Source: Anaerolineales bacterium
Lineage (GTDB): Bacteria; Chloroflexota; Anaerolineae; 4572-78; J111
DNA: 64,000 nucleotides
NCBI GenBank assembly: GCA_015075185.1
Contig: JABTUW010000004.1
Span: 1,144,761 to 1,208,760 of the forward strand
Direction of reading: 5' to 3'
Shown here: one piece after another, positions 35,170 to 44,640 of the stretch
Numbering within the stretch: position 1 is the stretch's first letter
Layout: each line of letters starts with the position of its first letter
Made by a program: the position numbers and the translations under genes
Notes under the pieces: generated by a model
What the model saw: the letters and a program-made list of their open reading frames with translations, nothing else
What the model was told of the DNA's origin: nothing
Databases searched by the model: none

Positions 35170-36629
35170 ATGAAACACAAAATCATTCGTCTCATCGTTA
35201 TTCTCATAATTCTTAGCGTGGTGGGAGGCGGTTACTGGTATTTTAGCCAGCATCCCGACCAATTGAGCCGGGTGCAACGCCAGCTTGGCTTGACGAGTCA
35301 GGCGAATGCGAATGACGCCAGTGTCTCTGGCTTTATCGAGGCTGAAGAAGTCAGTGTCGCGGCGGAGATCAAGGGGCGCATCGCCGGGATTGCCGTCACC
35401 GAGGGCGATTTTGTCAAGGCGGGGCAGGTTTTGGTTGAGTTGGATACCGCTTTGTTGGCTGCCCAGGTGCAGCAAGTTCAGGCCAAAATCGGGACAGCCA
35501 AAGCGCAACTGGCTAAAATCGAGGCCGGGGTCCGGCCCGAAGAAATGCCAAGGCTGAAGCGGCGGTAAAGACGGCCGAGGCCGAGGCCGAGGCTACGCGT
35601 ATTTTGTGGCAGGATGCCATCACCCTGCGCGATAATCCTCAGGAGTTAGACATTCAAATTGACGCCGCTCGCACCAACCTGAAACTGGCCGAGCTGCGGG
35701 TCGAGTATGCTATTCCCTTCAAAGATGCGGCCGTAGCCCTGAATGCCTTGCAGGAACAGCAAGTCAAAACCATCGAGGCAGGCACTAATATTCATATCGA
35801 ACTGCCTCACGACACGCGCGACATGAAAATACCGAGCAATGTGGAACTGCTCGAAGATCTGGAGGGGGCCGCGCCCGGAGATGATATCCGCGCTCATGTG
35901 GAGTTTCCAGAGGGCACCAAACGCCAGGCCTGGACCAATTGGAACCTGGCCAGCGCCGACGAATGGCAGCGCTGGGTAGATTTGAACAGCGCCCAAGCTG
36001 ACCGCGCCGATGCCGAGATCGCTCTCAACGATCTACTGACCCTGCGCCACGATCCGCAGGTGGCCCAAATCAAAGTTGCCCAGGCGGAGGCAGCCTACCA
36101 GAGTGCTTTAGCCCAGGTGGATGTCGCCAAGGCCCAGGTGGATATTCTTAAAGCCGGCGCACGCACCGAGCAGATTGCCCTGGCCCAGGCCCAGGTAAAA
36201 CAGGCCGAAGCCAGCCTGGCCGCGTTGCAGGTTCAGCGTGACCAGCATACCCTGGTCGCTCCTTTGGCGGCCTGGGTGGTGGAGCAGCCGGCCCACGAGG
36301 GCGAGATGGCCAATCCAGGCGCCACCCTGCTGACCCTGGCCGATCTGAGCAACCTGACCCTGACTGTCTACATCGCCGAGACAAGGGTGGGACAGGTCGC
36401 TATTGGCCAAAGTGTACAGGTCTACGTTGACGCTTTTCCGGGCGAACCGTTTACCGGCCACGTCACCTTTATTAGTGACAAGGCCGAATTTACGCCGAAG
36501 AATATTCAGTCCAAGGAAGAACGGGTCAATACGGTTTTTGCCGTCAAAATCAAGCTCGATAATCCCGACCAGCGACTCAAACCCGGTATGCCCGCCGACG
36601 CCATCCTGGCCGAAGGCCCGCAGTTATGA
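35170..36629 (+). pseudogene. HlyD-family periplasmic adaptor, interrupted by a 1-nt frameshift near 35545-35547
   Basis: The ORFs 35170-35568 and 35604-36629 are the N- and C-parts of one HlyD protein. Shifting frame at GAAGAAAT|GCC restores ...RPEE(I)AKAEAAVKTAEAEAEATRILWQDAITLRDNPQ, collinear with RPEDIAAAEARLAQA... in the paralog. Confidence 0.75.
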
Positions 36630-36721
36630 TTATGATAGGAGTCAGGAGTAACGAGTAGGGGCAGGAAGCAATTCCTTACTCCTTACTCCGTACTCCCTAC
36701 TTCCTACAAATGAGGTGGACT

Positions 36722-38350
36722 ATGAAACGCATTATCCCAATCATCATCCTGATTGCCCTTATCGGCGGCGCATACTGGTGGTACAACCAACCCCGCGTGG
36801 ATGCCTCCGCTTCCACGGCGTTGGTCGGCTCCGGCGCTATTGAGGCCGACATCGTGGCCATCACCACCGAAATCGGCGGGCGCATCATTGCCGTCAGAGC
36901 TAATGAAGGCGATGAAGTCGCTGCCGGGCAGGTGCTGGTTGAAATAGACCGGTCCGCCTTGCTGGCGCAGCAGGCCCAACTGGAAGCAGCCGTGGAGACA
37001 GCCCAGGCTGGCTTAATTGCCGCCAGCGCTCCCCCCCGGCCCGAAGATATTGCGGCCGCAGAAGCCCGGCTGGCTCAGGCCATCGTGCTCCGCGATGGGG
37101 CCAAAATTACCTGGCAGACAGCCCAGCTTTTGGTGAACAATCCACACGAATTGCAGGCCCAGATTGATCAGGCCCAGGCCCGCGTGACCAAAGCCCAGAC
37201 TGGCCTGGAACAGGCCCAGATCAATTTGAAACGCATGGAGATTCAAGCCGAAGCGGCCAGCCGCAACCAGAGCAGCCACGCCGCGTTGGTCCAAAATGAG
37301 GTTGCGCAAAATCAGCTCAAAGCTGCCCAGGTGGGTCTCCAGATCGCCGAGGTCGGGCTGGCTGGAGCCAAACAGCAGGTTGAACTGCTGCAGCATCTGC
37401 GGGCTAGACCTTTACAGCTTGTCAGCCAGGTCAACGCCGCCAAAGCCGCCTATCAACAAGCCGAAGCCGCCGTTGGGGTGGCCGAAGCCAATCTGACGGC
37501 GGTCAAAGCTAACCCGACCCCAGAGGATATAGCCGTAGCCGAGGCGCAGGTGGCCGAAGCCGAAGCGGCTCTGGCCCAAGTGAAGGTGCAGCTCGACAAG
37601 CTGACCCTGACCGCTCCCCGAGCCGGCCTGATCAGCCACCGGCTGGTCCAGCCCGGCGAGTTGGCCGCGCCCGGCGCGGTGCTGCTTGAACTCAGCGATG
37701 TTGATACCGTTGACCTGACCGTTTACATTCCCGAAACGCTGATTGGGCATGTGAAAATTGGCCAGCCAGCCCGGGTTTTTGTGGACGCCTATCCTGGCGA
37801 GGTTTTTGAAGGAACGGTCAGTTTCATCAATCATGAGGCTGAGTTCACACCACGCAATGTCCAAACTAAAGAAGAACGAGTCAACCTGGTTTTTGGGGTC
37901 AAAATTACCCTGGACAATCCTGACCATCGTTTGAAGCCCGGCATGCCCGCCGATGCGGAATTAGAAGAACGGAGGGATGGAAGAGTGGAAGAGGCGAAGA
38001 AAGGAGAAGTAGTAGAGGCGACGGGGAGCAGTCCCAAGCCAACCTTCCAACCTTCCTCTCCTCCAACCCCCCAGCCCTCTCCAACCCCAACTTCCCAGCC
38101 TTCCAATCTTCCAACCCTCCAGCCCTCCCCCACTGCGACCCGTGCCCCCCAAGCCGAAATTATTACCTGGGGCTTGAACGTGCGCAGCGGGCCGGGGGTC
38201 AACTATCCGGTGGTGGCTCACCTGGCTCAGGGTACGGTTGTGTCGGTGCTTGAGATTGACGCCCAGAGCGGCTGGCTGCACGTCCAGCTTCCTACAGGCG
38301 AGCAAACCGGCTGGATCACAAATAGTCCTACGTTTGTGTCCGTACACTAA
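36722..38350 (+). CDS. HlyD-family periplasmic adaptor fused via a charged/Pro-rich linker to a C-terminal SH3b domain
   Basis: The HlyD body runs up to ...LKPGMPADAELEE. The linker is ERRDGRVEEAKKGE...PTFQPSSPPTPQPSPTPTSQPSNLPTLQPSP. It is followed by WGLNVRSGPGVNYPVVAHLAQGTVVSVLE...GWLHVQLPTGEQTGWI (SH3_3-like). Confidence 0.8.
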   Translation: MKRIIPIIILIALIGGAYWWYNQPRVDASASTALVGSGAIEADIVAITTEIGGRIIAVRANEGDEVAAGQVLVEIDRSALLAQQAQLEAAVETAQAGLIAASAPPRPEDIAAAEARLAQAIVLRDGAKITWQTAQLLVNNPHELQAQIDQAQARVTKAQTGLEQAQINLKRMEIQAEAASRNQSSHAALVQNEVAQNQLKAAQVGLQIAEVGLAGAKQQVELLQHLRARPLQLVSQVNAAKAAYQQAEAAVGVAEANLTAVKANPTPEDIAVAEAQVAEAEAALAQVKVQLDKLTLTAPRAGLISHRLVQPGELAAPGAVLLELSDVDTVDLTVYIPETLIGHVKIGQPARVFVDAYPGEVFEGTVSFINHEAEFTPRNVQTKEERVNLVFGVKITLDNPDHRLKPGMPADAELEERRDGRVEEAKKGEVVEATGSSPKPTFQPSSPPTPQPSPTPTSQPSNLPTLQPSPTATRAPQAEIITWGLNVRSGPGVNYPVVAHLAQGTVVSVLEIDAQSGWLHVQLPTGEQTGWITNSPTFVSVH

Positions 38351-38364
38351 AAGGGACAGCCCAC

Positions 38365-38397
38365 AAAAAACGCTTCGCGTCAGGCGAAGCGTTTTTT
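38365..38397. terminator. Bidirectional rho-independent terminator
   Basis: AAAAAACGCTTCGC-gtcag-GCGAAGCGTTTTTT lies between convergent genes. Confidence 0.85.
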
Positions 38398-38483
38398 AAT
38401 TGGAATGGAACACGGATGGGTCGGATCGAGTGGATTTCTTGAGTTTTATTCGTACTATCCGCTCGATCCAGACCCAGTAAGTC

Positions 38484-38807
38484 TCAGCGTTTACTATTGG
38501 GGACAAAGAATTGAAAGGGATTTCTGGCAACTACCACGCGCTCCTCGTAATCCCGGACCAGCTTGAGCAGTCTTTCCTTAGCGGCGCGCCATTCGTCGCT
38601 GTGCAGCATCTTGTGCATCATGCTTTCATCCTGGGCGCGGAAGGCAATCAGGCGCATAGGGTAGTCGCCGTAGGCCGTGTGCCAGCCTTCTACCATAACT
38701 AGGCCCATATTTTGCAGGGTGGGTAAGAATTCACCCAGCACGTAGCGATAGTATTCAGCTTCTCGATGCGGTTTAATATCGTAAACAAGCAGTAATTTAA
38801 CTTCCAT
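38484..38807 (-). CDS. Hypothetical small protein (alpha+beta, possibly ferredoxin-like)
   Basis: 107-aa ORF with sensible composition, upstream of the terminator at 38365-38397. No family recognised. Confidence 0.5.
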   Translation of the reverse strand: MEVKLLLVYDIKPHREAEYYRYVLGEFLPTLQNMGLVMVEGWHTAYGDYPMRLIAFRAQDESMMHKMLHSDEWRAAKERLLKLVRDYEERVVVARNPFQFFVPNSKR

Positions 38808-39006
38808 ACCAAACCTTTATCGCTGAACGATGAGCGCCGGGCAGGATAAACAGTTTTCCAGTTAAAATGCGCCTCCATTATAACACGCCGCCAGGGTTTA
38901 GGCCAACCTGATTCAATCTATTTTGCTGGGTATAGGCAGAAAAAGAAGGGTTGGCTCAGGCGAAAAGCCTGTAGTATAATGGCTCCAACCTATCGCATGG
39001 AAAGAC

Positions 39007-39753
39007 GTGTCTATCTTGAAGAGCAAAAATTCTACCGGGATTATCGTCCTGGTCATTCTTCTGCTCGGGGGTTCGTGTGTGTTAGTCGCCTTTACCGCCC
39101 TCGGCTCCGGCCTGACCCTCTGGCTGGCCGTGAACAAAATTGAAGTGACGGCCACACCAACGGCCACACCAACCCGAAAGCTGGCGGCTCTGCCCAGCCC
39201 GACGCCATCATCCAGCCCGACCTTTACTCCCATTCCAACCGAAACACCGGCCCCTCCGCCCACGGCTACCGCCACCCTTGTCCCAACATTGACGCCGAGT
39301 TTCACCCCTACTCCCCTTCCAGCCACCCCGACCCCAACCCCGCTCCCACCAACACCCACGCCCATTCCCAGCGACACGCCAACGCCCGCGCCCAGTTTTC
39401 CCTTTGTGGTGCTGGAAACCGAGGGGCACGAAACCAACCATTTCAACTTTGATATTTATGTGGCTATTACCGATAAAGACAACAAGCCCCTCAGCGGCTA
39501 TCGGCTGCTGGGCCGCCACAGCAGCGGTTTGCAGGTAGACAGCCAGGTCAGCGCCAATGATTGGACCGTCAACAGTGGGGCCAGGCAGTACAAAGGCGGC
39601 AACCTGAAATATGAGGCCCCCAACTCGCCGACCGGGACATGGACATTACAACTCGTAGACGAGGCCGGCCAGCCGGTCGCACCGTCCCTTGTATTCCCGT
39701 TTGACACCGCCAGCCCGTCCTGGTATTTTATCCTGTACCGGCGAATTGAGTAG
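39007..39753 (+). CDS. Membrane-anchored protein with Pro/Thr-rich stalk and unknown C-terminal domain
   Basis: 248 aa with a GTG start: N-terminal TM helix, a ~100-aa PT-rich linker, then a ~110-aa beta-rich domain. Confidence 0.55.
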   Translation: MSILKSKNSTGIIVLVILLLGGSCVLVAFTALGSGLTLWLAVNKIEVTATPTATPTRKLAALPSPTPSSSPTFTPIPTETPAPPPTATATLVPTLTPSFTPTPLPATPTPTPLPPTPTPIPSDTPTPAPSFPFVVLETEGHETNHFNFDIYVAITDKDNKPLSGYRLLGRHSSGLQVDSQVSANDWTVNSGARQYKGGNLKYEAPNSPTGTWTLQLVDEAGQPVAPSLVFPFDTASPSWYFILYRRIE

Positions 39754-39876
39754 GCAGGTTGGAAGACTGGAGGAATGGAAGATTGCTAATCCTCGGCCTT
39801 CCAACTCTCCATTCTTCCAGCAGCTATCAGATTATCTCAATTACCTAAATCCCGCCCCTTTTTCCTTTCAGCTCAC

Positions 39877-39905
39877 TTGCCACTAGAAAAGGTTCGTGGT
39901 ATAAT
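39877..39905 (+). promoter_or_regulatory. sigma70-type promoter of the nusA operon
   Basis: TTGCCA (39877-39882), 17 bp, TATAAT (39900-39905). Confidence 0.6.
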
Positions 39906-39936
39906 CCCCACCGTCTAAGGGAAAAGTTGTGACCAG

Positions 39937-39965
39937 AAAAGTGGGGACTCCCCACTTTTTCTTTA
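39937..39965 (+). terminator. Leader intrinsic terminator between the promoter and nusA
   Basis: AAAAGTGGGG-act-CCCCACTTTTTCTTT lies about 30 nt downstream of the -10 and about 45 nt upstream of the GTG start. Confidence 0.55.
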
Positions 39966-40010
39966 TGTTGTAAATTTTTTACCTGCCTGAGTCAGGAGGC
40001 TGAAGTAGCA

Positions 40011-41753
40011 GTGAAGAAAGATTTTAAAGAGCTAATGATCGCCATTAATCAGGTGTGTCATGAGCGGCAGTTACCTATTGATATTGTGTTGGAAGCGGTT
40101 GAGGTGGCGCTGATTTCTGCCTACAAACGTAATTTTAGCGGCAATCACTCCGTCACGGCTCAAATCGAGCCAAAAACCGGGAAAGTCGCTATCTTAACTG
40201 AAAAGATGGTGGTTGAAAGCGTCCAGGATGAACGGAATGAAATCTCGCTGGGCGAGGCCAAGGCTATTAACCCTCGGATCAAAGTCGGCGAGTTGATTTC
40301 CATTGATAGCACCCCTGACGGTGATTTTGGACGAATTGCGGCGCAAACCGCCAAACAAGTAATTTTACAACGTATCCGCGAAGCCGAACGGGATGCTCTT
40401 TACAATACCTACGCCGAACGCGAGGGTGAGATTGTTAACGGCACCGTGCATAAAATTGATCCACATCAGGTTACGCTCTCCCTGGGCAAAGTCGAGGCCT
40501 TCTTACCGCGCAGCGAGCAAATTCCTACCGAGCGCTACAACGAAGGCCAGCGGCTGCGCGCTTACGTGGCTTCGGTCTCCAAGGCCAGCCGCGGCCCTCA
40601 GATTATTGTCTCCCGCACCCACCGCAATATGCTGCGCCGCCTGCTGGAAGTGGAAGTGCCGGAAATCTATAATGGCACGGTTGAAATTAAATCCATTGCC
40701 CGCGAGGCCGGTTATCGCTCTAAGGTGGCCGTGGCGGCTTTGCAGGAAGGGGTTGACCCGGTCGGTTCGTGCGTTGGAATGCGGGGCACCCGGATTCAAA
40801 GCATTGTCAATGAGCTGAACGGCGAAAAAATTGACGTCGTCCAATGGAATCCTGACCTGTCCTTTTTCATCGCCAATGCGCTGAGCCCGGCGCGGGTCAT
40901 GAATGTCATGCTCAACGATGAAAAGGGCAAAACGGCGGTGGTTGTCGTACCGGATAAGCAGCTCTCGCTGGCTATTGGCAAAGAAGGTCAAAATGCGCGT
41001 TTGGCTGCTAAGCTGACCGGCTGGCGCATTGACATCAAAAGCTCCAGCGAAGCCATTGCCGAAACTCTGGACAGGCTGAGAGAAGATAAAGCCCTGCGTG
41101 AGCGTCTGGCTGGCAAGGCCGAAATTTTCAACATGGCCTCGATTATTCATAAGGACAAAGTGCCGATTGAGTACTCTGACGCCGAATTGAATGTTCTGAG
41201 CCAGGCGATTGAGGCGGTTAATCTGGCCGAGATGGCCATGCGCCGCGAACTCAAGGCCAAGCAAGCGGCCGAGGCCGAAGCTGCTAAACAAGCTGCCAGA
41301 ACCAGGGACATTTTGGCCGAGGCTGAAGCTATTCTGACCGGTCAAGCCCCGGCCACAATTGAGGAAGCACCGGCAGAAGTAGAACCGGAAGTTGAACCAG
41401 CCGTCGAGTCAGAAGAAATTGCGGCTGAGGTGGTTGAAGCCAAGGCAGCCGTTGAAGTTGAGGTTGAGCCTGAAGCCGTAGCTGCTCCGGAAACCGAAGA
41501 AGAGGTTGTGGCCGTGGCTGAAGCGGTTTCGGCTGAAGCTGAACCGCTCACCCTGGAGCCAATAGCCGTGGCCGAGGATTGGACTGAAGAAGAAGAGGAC
41601 GGCGACGCAGACAAGGATCAGGGCAAGAAGAAGGCCCGCGCCAAAAAACGCCGCCTGGTTTACGATGAAAAACTGGGCGAAGTTGTGGCCGAGCGCCGCC
41701 GCAAGCCCAGCCGGCGTGGTGGTGGCTGGCTAGATTACGAAGAAGACGAATAA
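40011..41753 (+). CDS. nusA: Transcription termination/antitermination factor NusA with long acidic C-terminal extension
   Basis: 580 aa: NusA N-domain, S1 ([11 protein letters not shown]...) and KH1/KH2 ([11 protein letters not shown]..., [22 protein letters not shown]), then an E/A-rich tail. Confidence 0.95.
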   Translation: MKKDFKELMIAINQVCHERQLPIDIVLEAVEVALISAYKRNFSGNHSVTAQIEPKTGKVAILTEKMVVESVQDERNEISLGEAKAINPRIKVGELISIDSTPDGDFGRIAAQTAKQVILQRIREAERDALYNTYAEREGEIVNGTVHKIDPHQVTLSLGKVEAFLPRSEQIPTERYNEGQRLRAYVASVSKASRGPQIIVSRTHRNMLRRLLEVEVPEIYNGTVEIKSIAREAGYRSKVAVAALQEGVDPVGSCVGMRGTRIQSIVNELNGEKIDVVQWNPDLSFFIANALSPARVMNVMLNDEKGKTAVVVVPDKQLSLAIGKEGQNARLAAKLTGWRIDIKSSSEAIAETLDRLREDKALRERLAGKAEIFNMASIIHKDKVPIEYSDAELNVLSQAIEAVNLAEMAMRRELKAKQAAEAEAAKQAARTRDILAEAEAILTGQAPATIEEAPAEVEPEVEPAVESEEIAAEVVEAKAAVEVEVEPEAVAAPETEEEVVAVAEAVSAEAEPLTLEPIAVAEDWTEEEEDGDADKDQGKKKARAKKRRLVYDEKLGEVVAERRRKPSRRGGGWLDYEEDE

Positions 41754-42035
41754 ATGCTTCGACCGAAGCATAAGCCGCAGCGGACATGCATTGCCTGCCG
41801 GGAAACAAAAGATAAGCGCGATTTAATTCGAGTGGTGCGCACCCCGGCAGGCACTCTCATCGTTGACCCAACAGGCAAGGCCAATGGGCGCGGCGCTTAT
41901 CTGTGCCGGCAAGCAAGCTGCTGGGAAAAAGGCTTATCCAAGCAGCGGCTGGCTCAGGCACTAAAAGTGACCTTGTCGGCAGAAGAAGTGGCTGAACTCC
42001 AGGCCCAATTACAGGCTGAACTTTTAAAAGTTTAA
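41754..42035 (+). CDS. ylxR: YlxR/DUF448-family RNA-binding protein
   Basis: 93 aa with RTCIACRE...K..LIRVV...G...D..GK..GRGAY.C. Canonical position after nusA. Confidence 0.85.
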   Translation: MLRPKHKPQRTCIACRETKDKRDLIRVVRTPAGTLIVDPTGKANGRGAYLCRQASCWEKGLSKQRLAQALKVTLSAEEVAELQAQLQAELLKV

Positions 42036-42401
42036 GTTTTATGTGCAGGGTAGATCCTAAAGGAAGGATGACGCACCCAAATCAAAACCGCCAGAGCGGT
42101 TTGAGGTTGATAAAGGAATATGAGCTGTGAACACGTGTCCAGAAAACGTGTGGAGCGAGGCTTTATGACTAACTAACGGAACCTGTTTGTTTCCCTCTCC
42201 TCCCCCTTAAAGCCAAACTCCCCTCGGCTTTGTCAGGCTTTATCACCTCAAAAGTTACTTCCACATAATAGTGTTTCAGACACTCTACCGGCGACGACTG
42301 AGTAAGTGAGCGCCTGGGGTCGGGTTGCTTATGCTTGGTGCCGGAGAAAAGTTGCAAACAAGATCCATTTTGTTTGCATATCCTAAAGAAGAGGTGATTC
42401 T

Positions 42402-44228
42402 ATGGCAGTCAGTATGCAAAAAACCAAACCAAAAGAAGCGGCAGTGGGTAATGGTCGAACCATCGAAGTGCCGCCCGTCATAACGGTCAGAGAGCTGGCT
42501 AAATTAATGTCCGTCAGTCCTATTGAAATCATCAAAGAGTTGATGAACAACGGGATGATGGCAAATATCAACCAGCAAATTGACTTTGATACGGTGTCTA
42601 TCATCGGCGAGGGTATGGGGTTTGAAATTACGGCCCCCAAAACGCCGGAGCCGGAACCGGTTAAAGAAGTGCAGAATCTCCCGCTGCACCGGCGGCTGAT
42701 CGCCAATGAAGACCCGAACAAACTCCAACCGCGCCCGCCGGTTGTGACCGTTCTTGGCCATGTGGATCACGGCAAAACAACCCTGCTCGACGCTATTCGT
42801 AAAACCCAGGTGGTCAAAGGCGAAGCAGGGGGTATTACCCAGCACATTGGCGCTTACCAGGTTTTTCTGGGCGACCGGCCAATTACCTTTTTGGATACGC
42901 CGGGCCACGCTGCCTTTACAGCGATGCGGGCACGCGGCGCGCAGGCCACCGATCTGGCCGTGCTGGTTGTCGCCGCCGACGATGGGGTCATGCCCCAGAC
43001 CCGAGAAGCCGTTGAGCACGCCCGCGCGGCCCAGGTGCCGATCATTGTCGCTATGAATAAAATTGACAAAGCTAATGCCAATCCCGACCGGGTCAAACAG
43101 GGCCTGGCCGATATTGGCCTGGTGGTCGAAGATTGGGGCGGCGACGTCATTTGTGTGCCTCTTTCCGCCAAAGAAAACCGGGGCATTGACGAGCTGCTCG
43201 AAAACATCCTCCTGGTGACCGATGTGGCCAATCTTAAGGCCAATCCTGATCGCCTGGCTCAAGGGGTGGTCATCGAAGGTCAAGTGGACAAGCGCAGCGG
43301 CGTTTCGGCCACCCTGCTGGTCCAAAATGGCACCCTTAATGTAGGCGATATTATTGTCATCGGCACTCAGTATTCACGTATCCGGGCCATGTTCAACGAT
43401 AAGGGCAAACGCATCAAACAGGCTGGCCCTTCTGTGCCGACCTCTATTCTGGGGCTATCCGAAGTTCCCGAAGCCGGTGAATTTTTTGAAGTGGTCGAGA
43501 ATGAGCGAACTGCCCGGACAATGGTCGAAGAGCACCGGGCCAAGACAAGCAAAGGAACGCCGACCGCGGCCATCCGGCCCATTTCCCTGGAAGATTTCTT
43601 TAGTCGAACTCAAGAACATGGCGATCAAACGCTGAACATCATCGTCAAAGCCGATGTGCAGGGTTCGCTGGAACCCATTGTCAACTCGCTGAAAGAGTTG
43701 GGTGATGAGAAGTTAAAAATTAAATTGCTGTTGGAGGGCACGGGCAACATTTCCGAATCGGACGTGAACCTGGCGGTAGCCTCCGGGGCTATTATCGTCG
43801 GTTTCAGTGTTGACGTAGATCAAGGTGCGCAGCGAGTTGCCGAAACCGAGGGTGTGGATATCCGGCAGTATGATGTTATTTACAAGCTCATTGACGATAT
43901 TGATAAGGCACTCAAGGGGCTGTTAGAACCAGTCTACGCCGATAAGGTGATTGGCCGAGCGGAAGTCCGGGTCGTATTCAAAATCCCCAAGCGGGGTAAC
44001 ATTGCCGGCTCCTATGTCCTCGAAGGCCAAATTACCCGCAATGCCATGGTCCGGGTCATGCGTCAAAGTAAACTGTTACATGAAGGTAAGATTTCTTCGT
44101 TAAAACGCTTCACCGAGGATGCCCGCGAGGTGGCGACCGGCTTTGAGTGTGGGATTGGCGTTGAGGGCTTTAATGATTTCCTGGTAGGCGATATTATCGA
44201 AGCTTACGTCAAGGAGCGGGTTAACTAG
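42402..44228 (+). CDS. infB: Translation initiation factor IF-2 (short form)
   Basis: 608 aa: IF2_N ([22 protein letters not shown]), G-domain ([21 protein letters not shown]) and the C-terminal IF-2 domains. Confidence 0.95.
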   Translation: MAVSMQKTKPKEAAVGNGRTIEVPPVITVRELAKLMSVSPIEIIKELMNNGMMANINQQIDFDTVSIIGEGMGFEITAPKTPEPEPVKEVQNLPLHRRLIANEDPNKLQPRPPVVTVLGHVDHGKTTLLDAIRKTQVVKGEAGGITQHIGAYQVFLGDRPITFLDTPGHAAFTAMRARGAQATDLAVLVVAADDGVMPQTREAVEHARAAQVPIIVAMNKIDKANANPDRVKQGLADIGLVVEDWGGDVICVPLSAKENRGIDELLENILLVTDVANLKANPDRLAQGVVIEGQVDKRSGVSATLLVQNGTLNVGDIIVIGTQYSRIRAMFNDKGKRIKQAGPSVPTSILGLSEVPEAGEFFEVVENERTARTMVEEHRAKTSKGTPTAAIRPISLEDFFSRTQEHGDQTLNIIVKADVQGSLEPIVNSLKELGDEKLKIKLLLEGTGNISESDVNLAVASGAIIVGFSVDVDQGAQRVAETEGVDIRQYDVIYKLIDDIDKALKGLLEPVYADKVIGRAEVRVVFKIPKRGNIAGSYVLEGQITRNAMVRVMRQSKLLHEGKISSLKRFTEDAREVATGFECGIGVEGFNDFLVGDIIEAYVKERVN

Positions 44229-44231
44229 CTA

Positions 44232-44615
44232 ATGGCCAGCCGGCGCCAGCGGCAGGTCGGTGAACTGCTGCACGAGGAACTTAGCCAGATTATCCAGCGT
44301 GACACAAAAGACCCACGCCTGGGTTTTGTTACCGTCACTGGCGTTGATGTTAGCCCGGATTTACGCCAGGCGCGCGTCTATATCACCGTGCTCGGCGACA
44401 AAGGTGACGTCAAAAGCACGCTGGCCGGGTTGACCAGCGCGGCCAATTATTTCCGTCACCTCCTGCGGCAGTCACTGTCGCTGCGCTACATCCCGGAACT
44501 CAGCTTCAAGCTGGATACATCTTTGGAATACGGCATGCACATCGAGGCCCTGCTGGATGAAATTAAGGAAGAGAGTGACGAGGCCGGTGAAAGAGAGCCA
44601 GAGGATGATACGTGA
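44232..44615 (+). CDS. rbfA: Ribosome-binding factor A
   Basis: 127 aa with DPRLGFVTVTGV.VS.DL..A.VY and a conserved operon position. Confidence 0.9.
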   Translation: MASRRQRQVGELLHEELSQIIQRDTKDPRLGFVTVTGVDVSPDLRQARVYITVLGDKGDVKSTLAGLTSAANYFRHLLRQSLSLRYIPELSFKLDTSLEYGMHIEALLDEIKEESDEAGEREPEDDT

Positions 44616-44640
44616 TGCTTGATGCGTAAAAATTTACCCT

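Noticed and set aside
35568-35604. Treating 35170-35568 and 35604-36629 as two separate small HlyD-like genes.
   Set aside because: Neither half is a complete adaptor, and a one-base frame change joins them into a protein collinear with the paralog. I annotated them as one frameshifted gene.
38913-39446. A 177-aa Gly/Val-rich minus-strand ORF.
   Set aside because: It is the reverse complement of the Pro/Thr-rich linker of the plus-strand gene 39007-39753, so it is a low-complexity artefact.
42036-42401. A 366-bp gap between ylxR and infB. I looked for a decayed L7Ae-like ylxQ gene or a structured RNA.
   Set aside because: I found only short hairpins (e.g. AAACCGC-caga-GCGGTTT at 42085-42102) and a 62-aa antisense ORF with no signal. 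No frame gives a credible protein, and I cannot support an ncRNA call by eye. Checking with Rfam/cmscan would be worthwhile.
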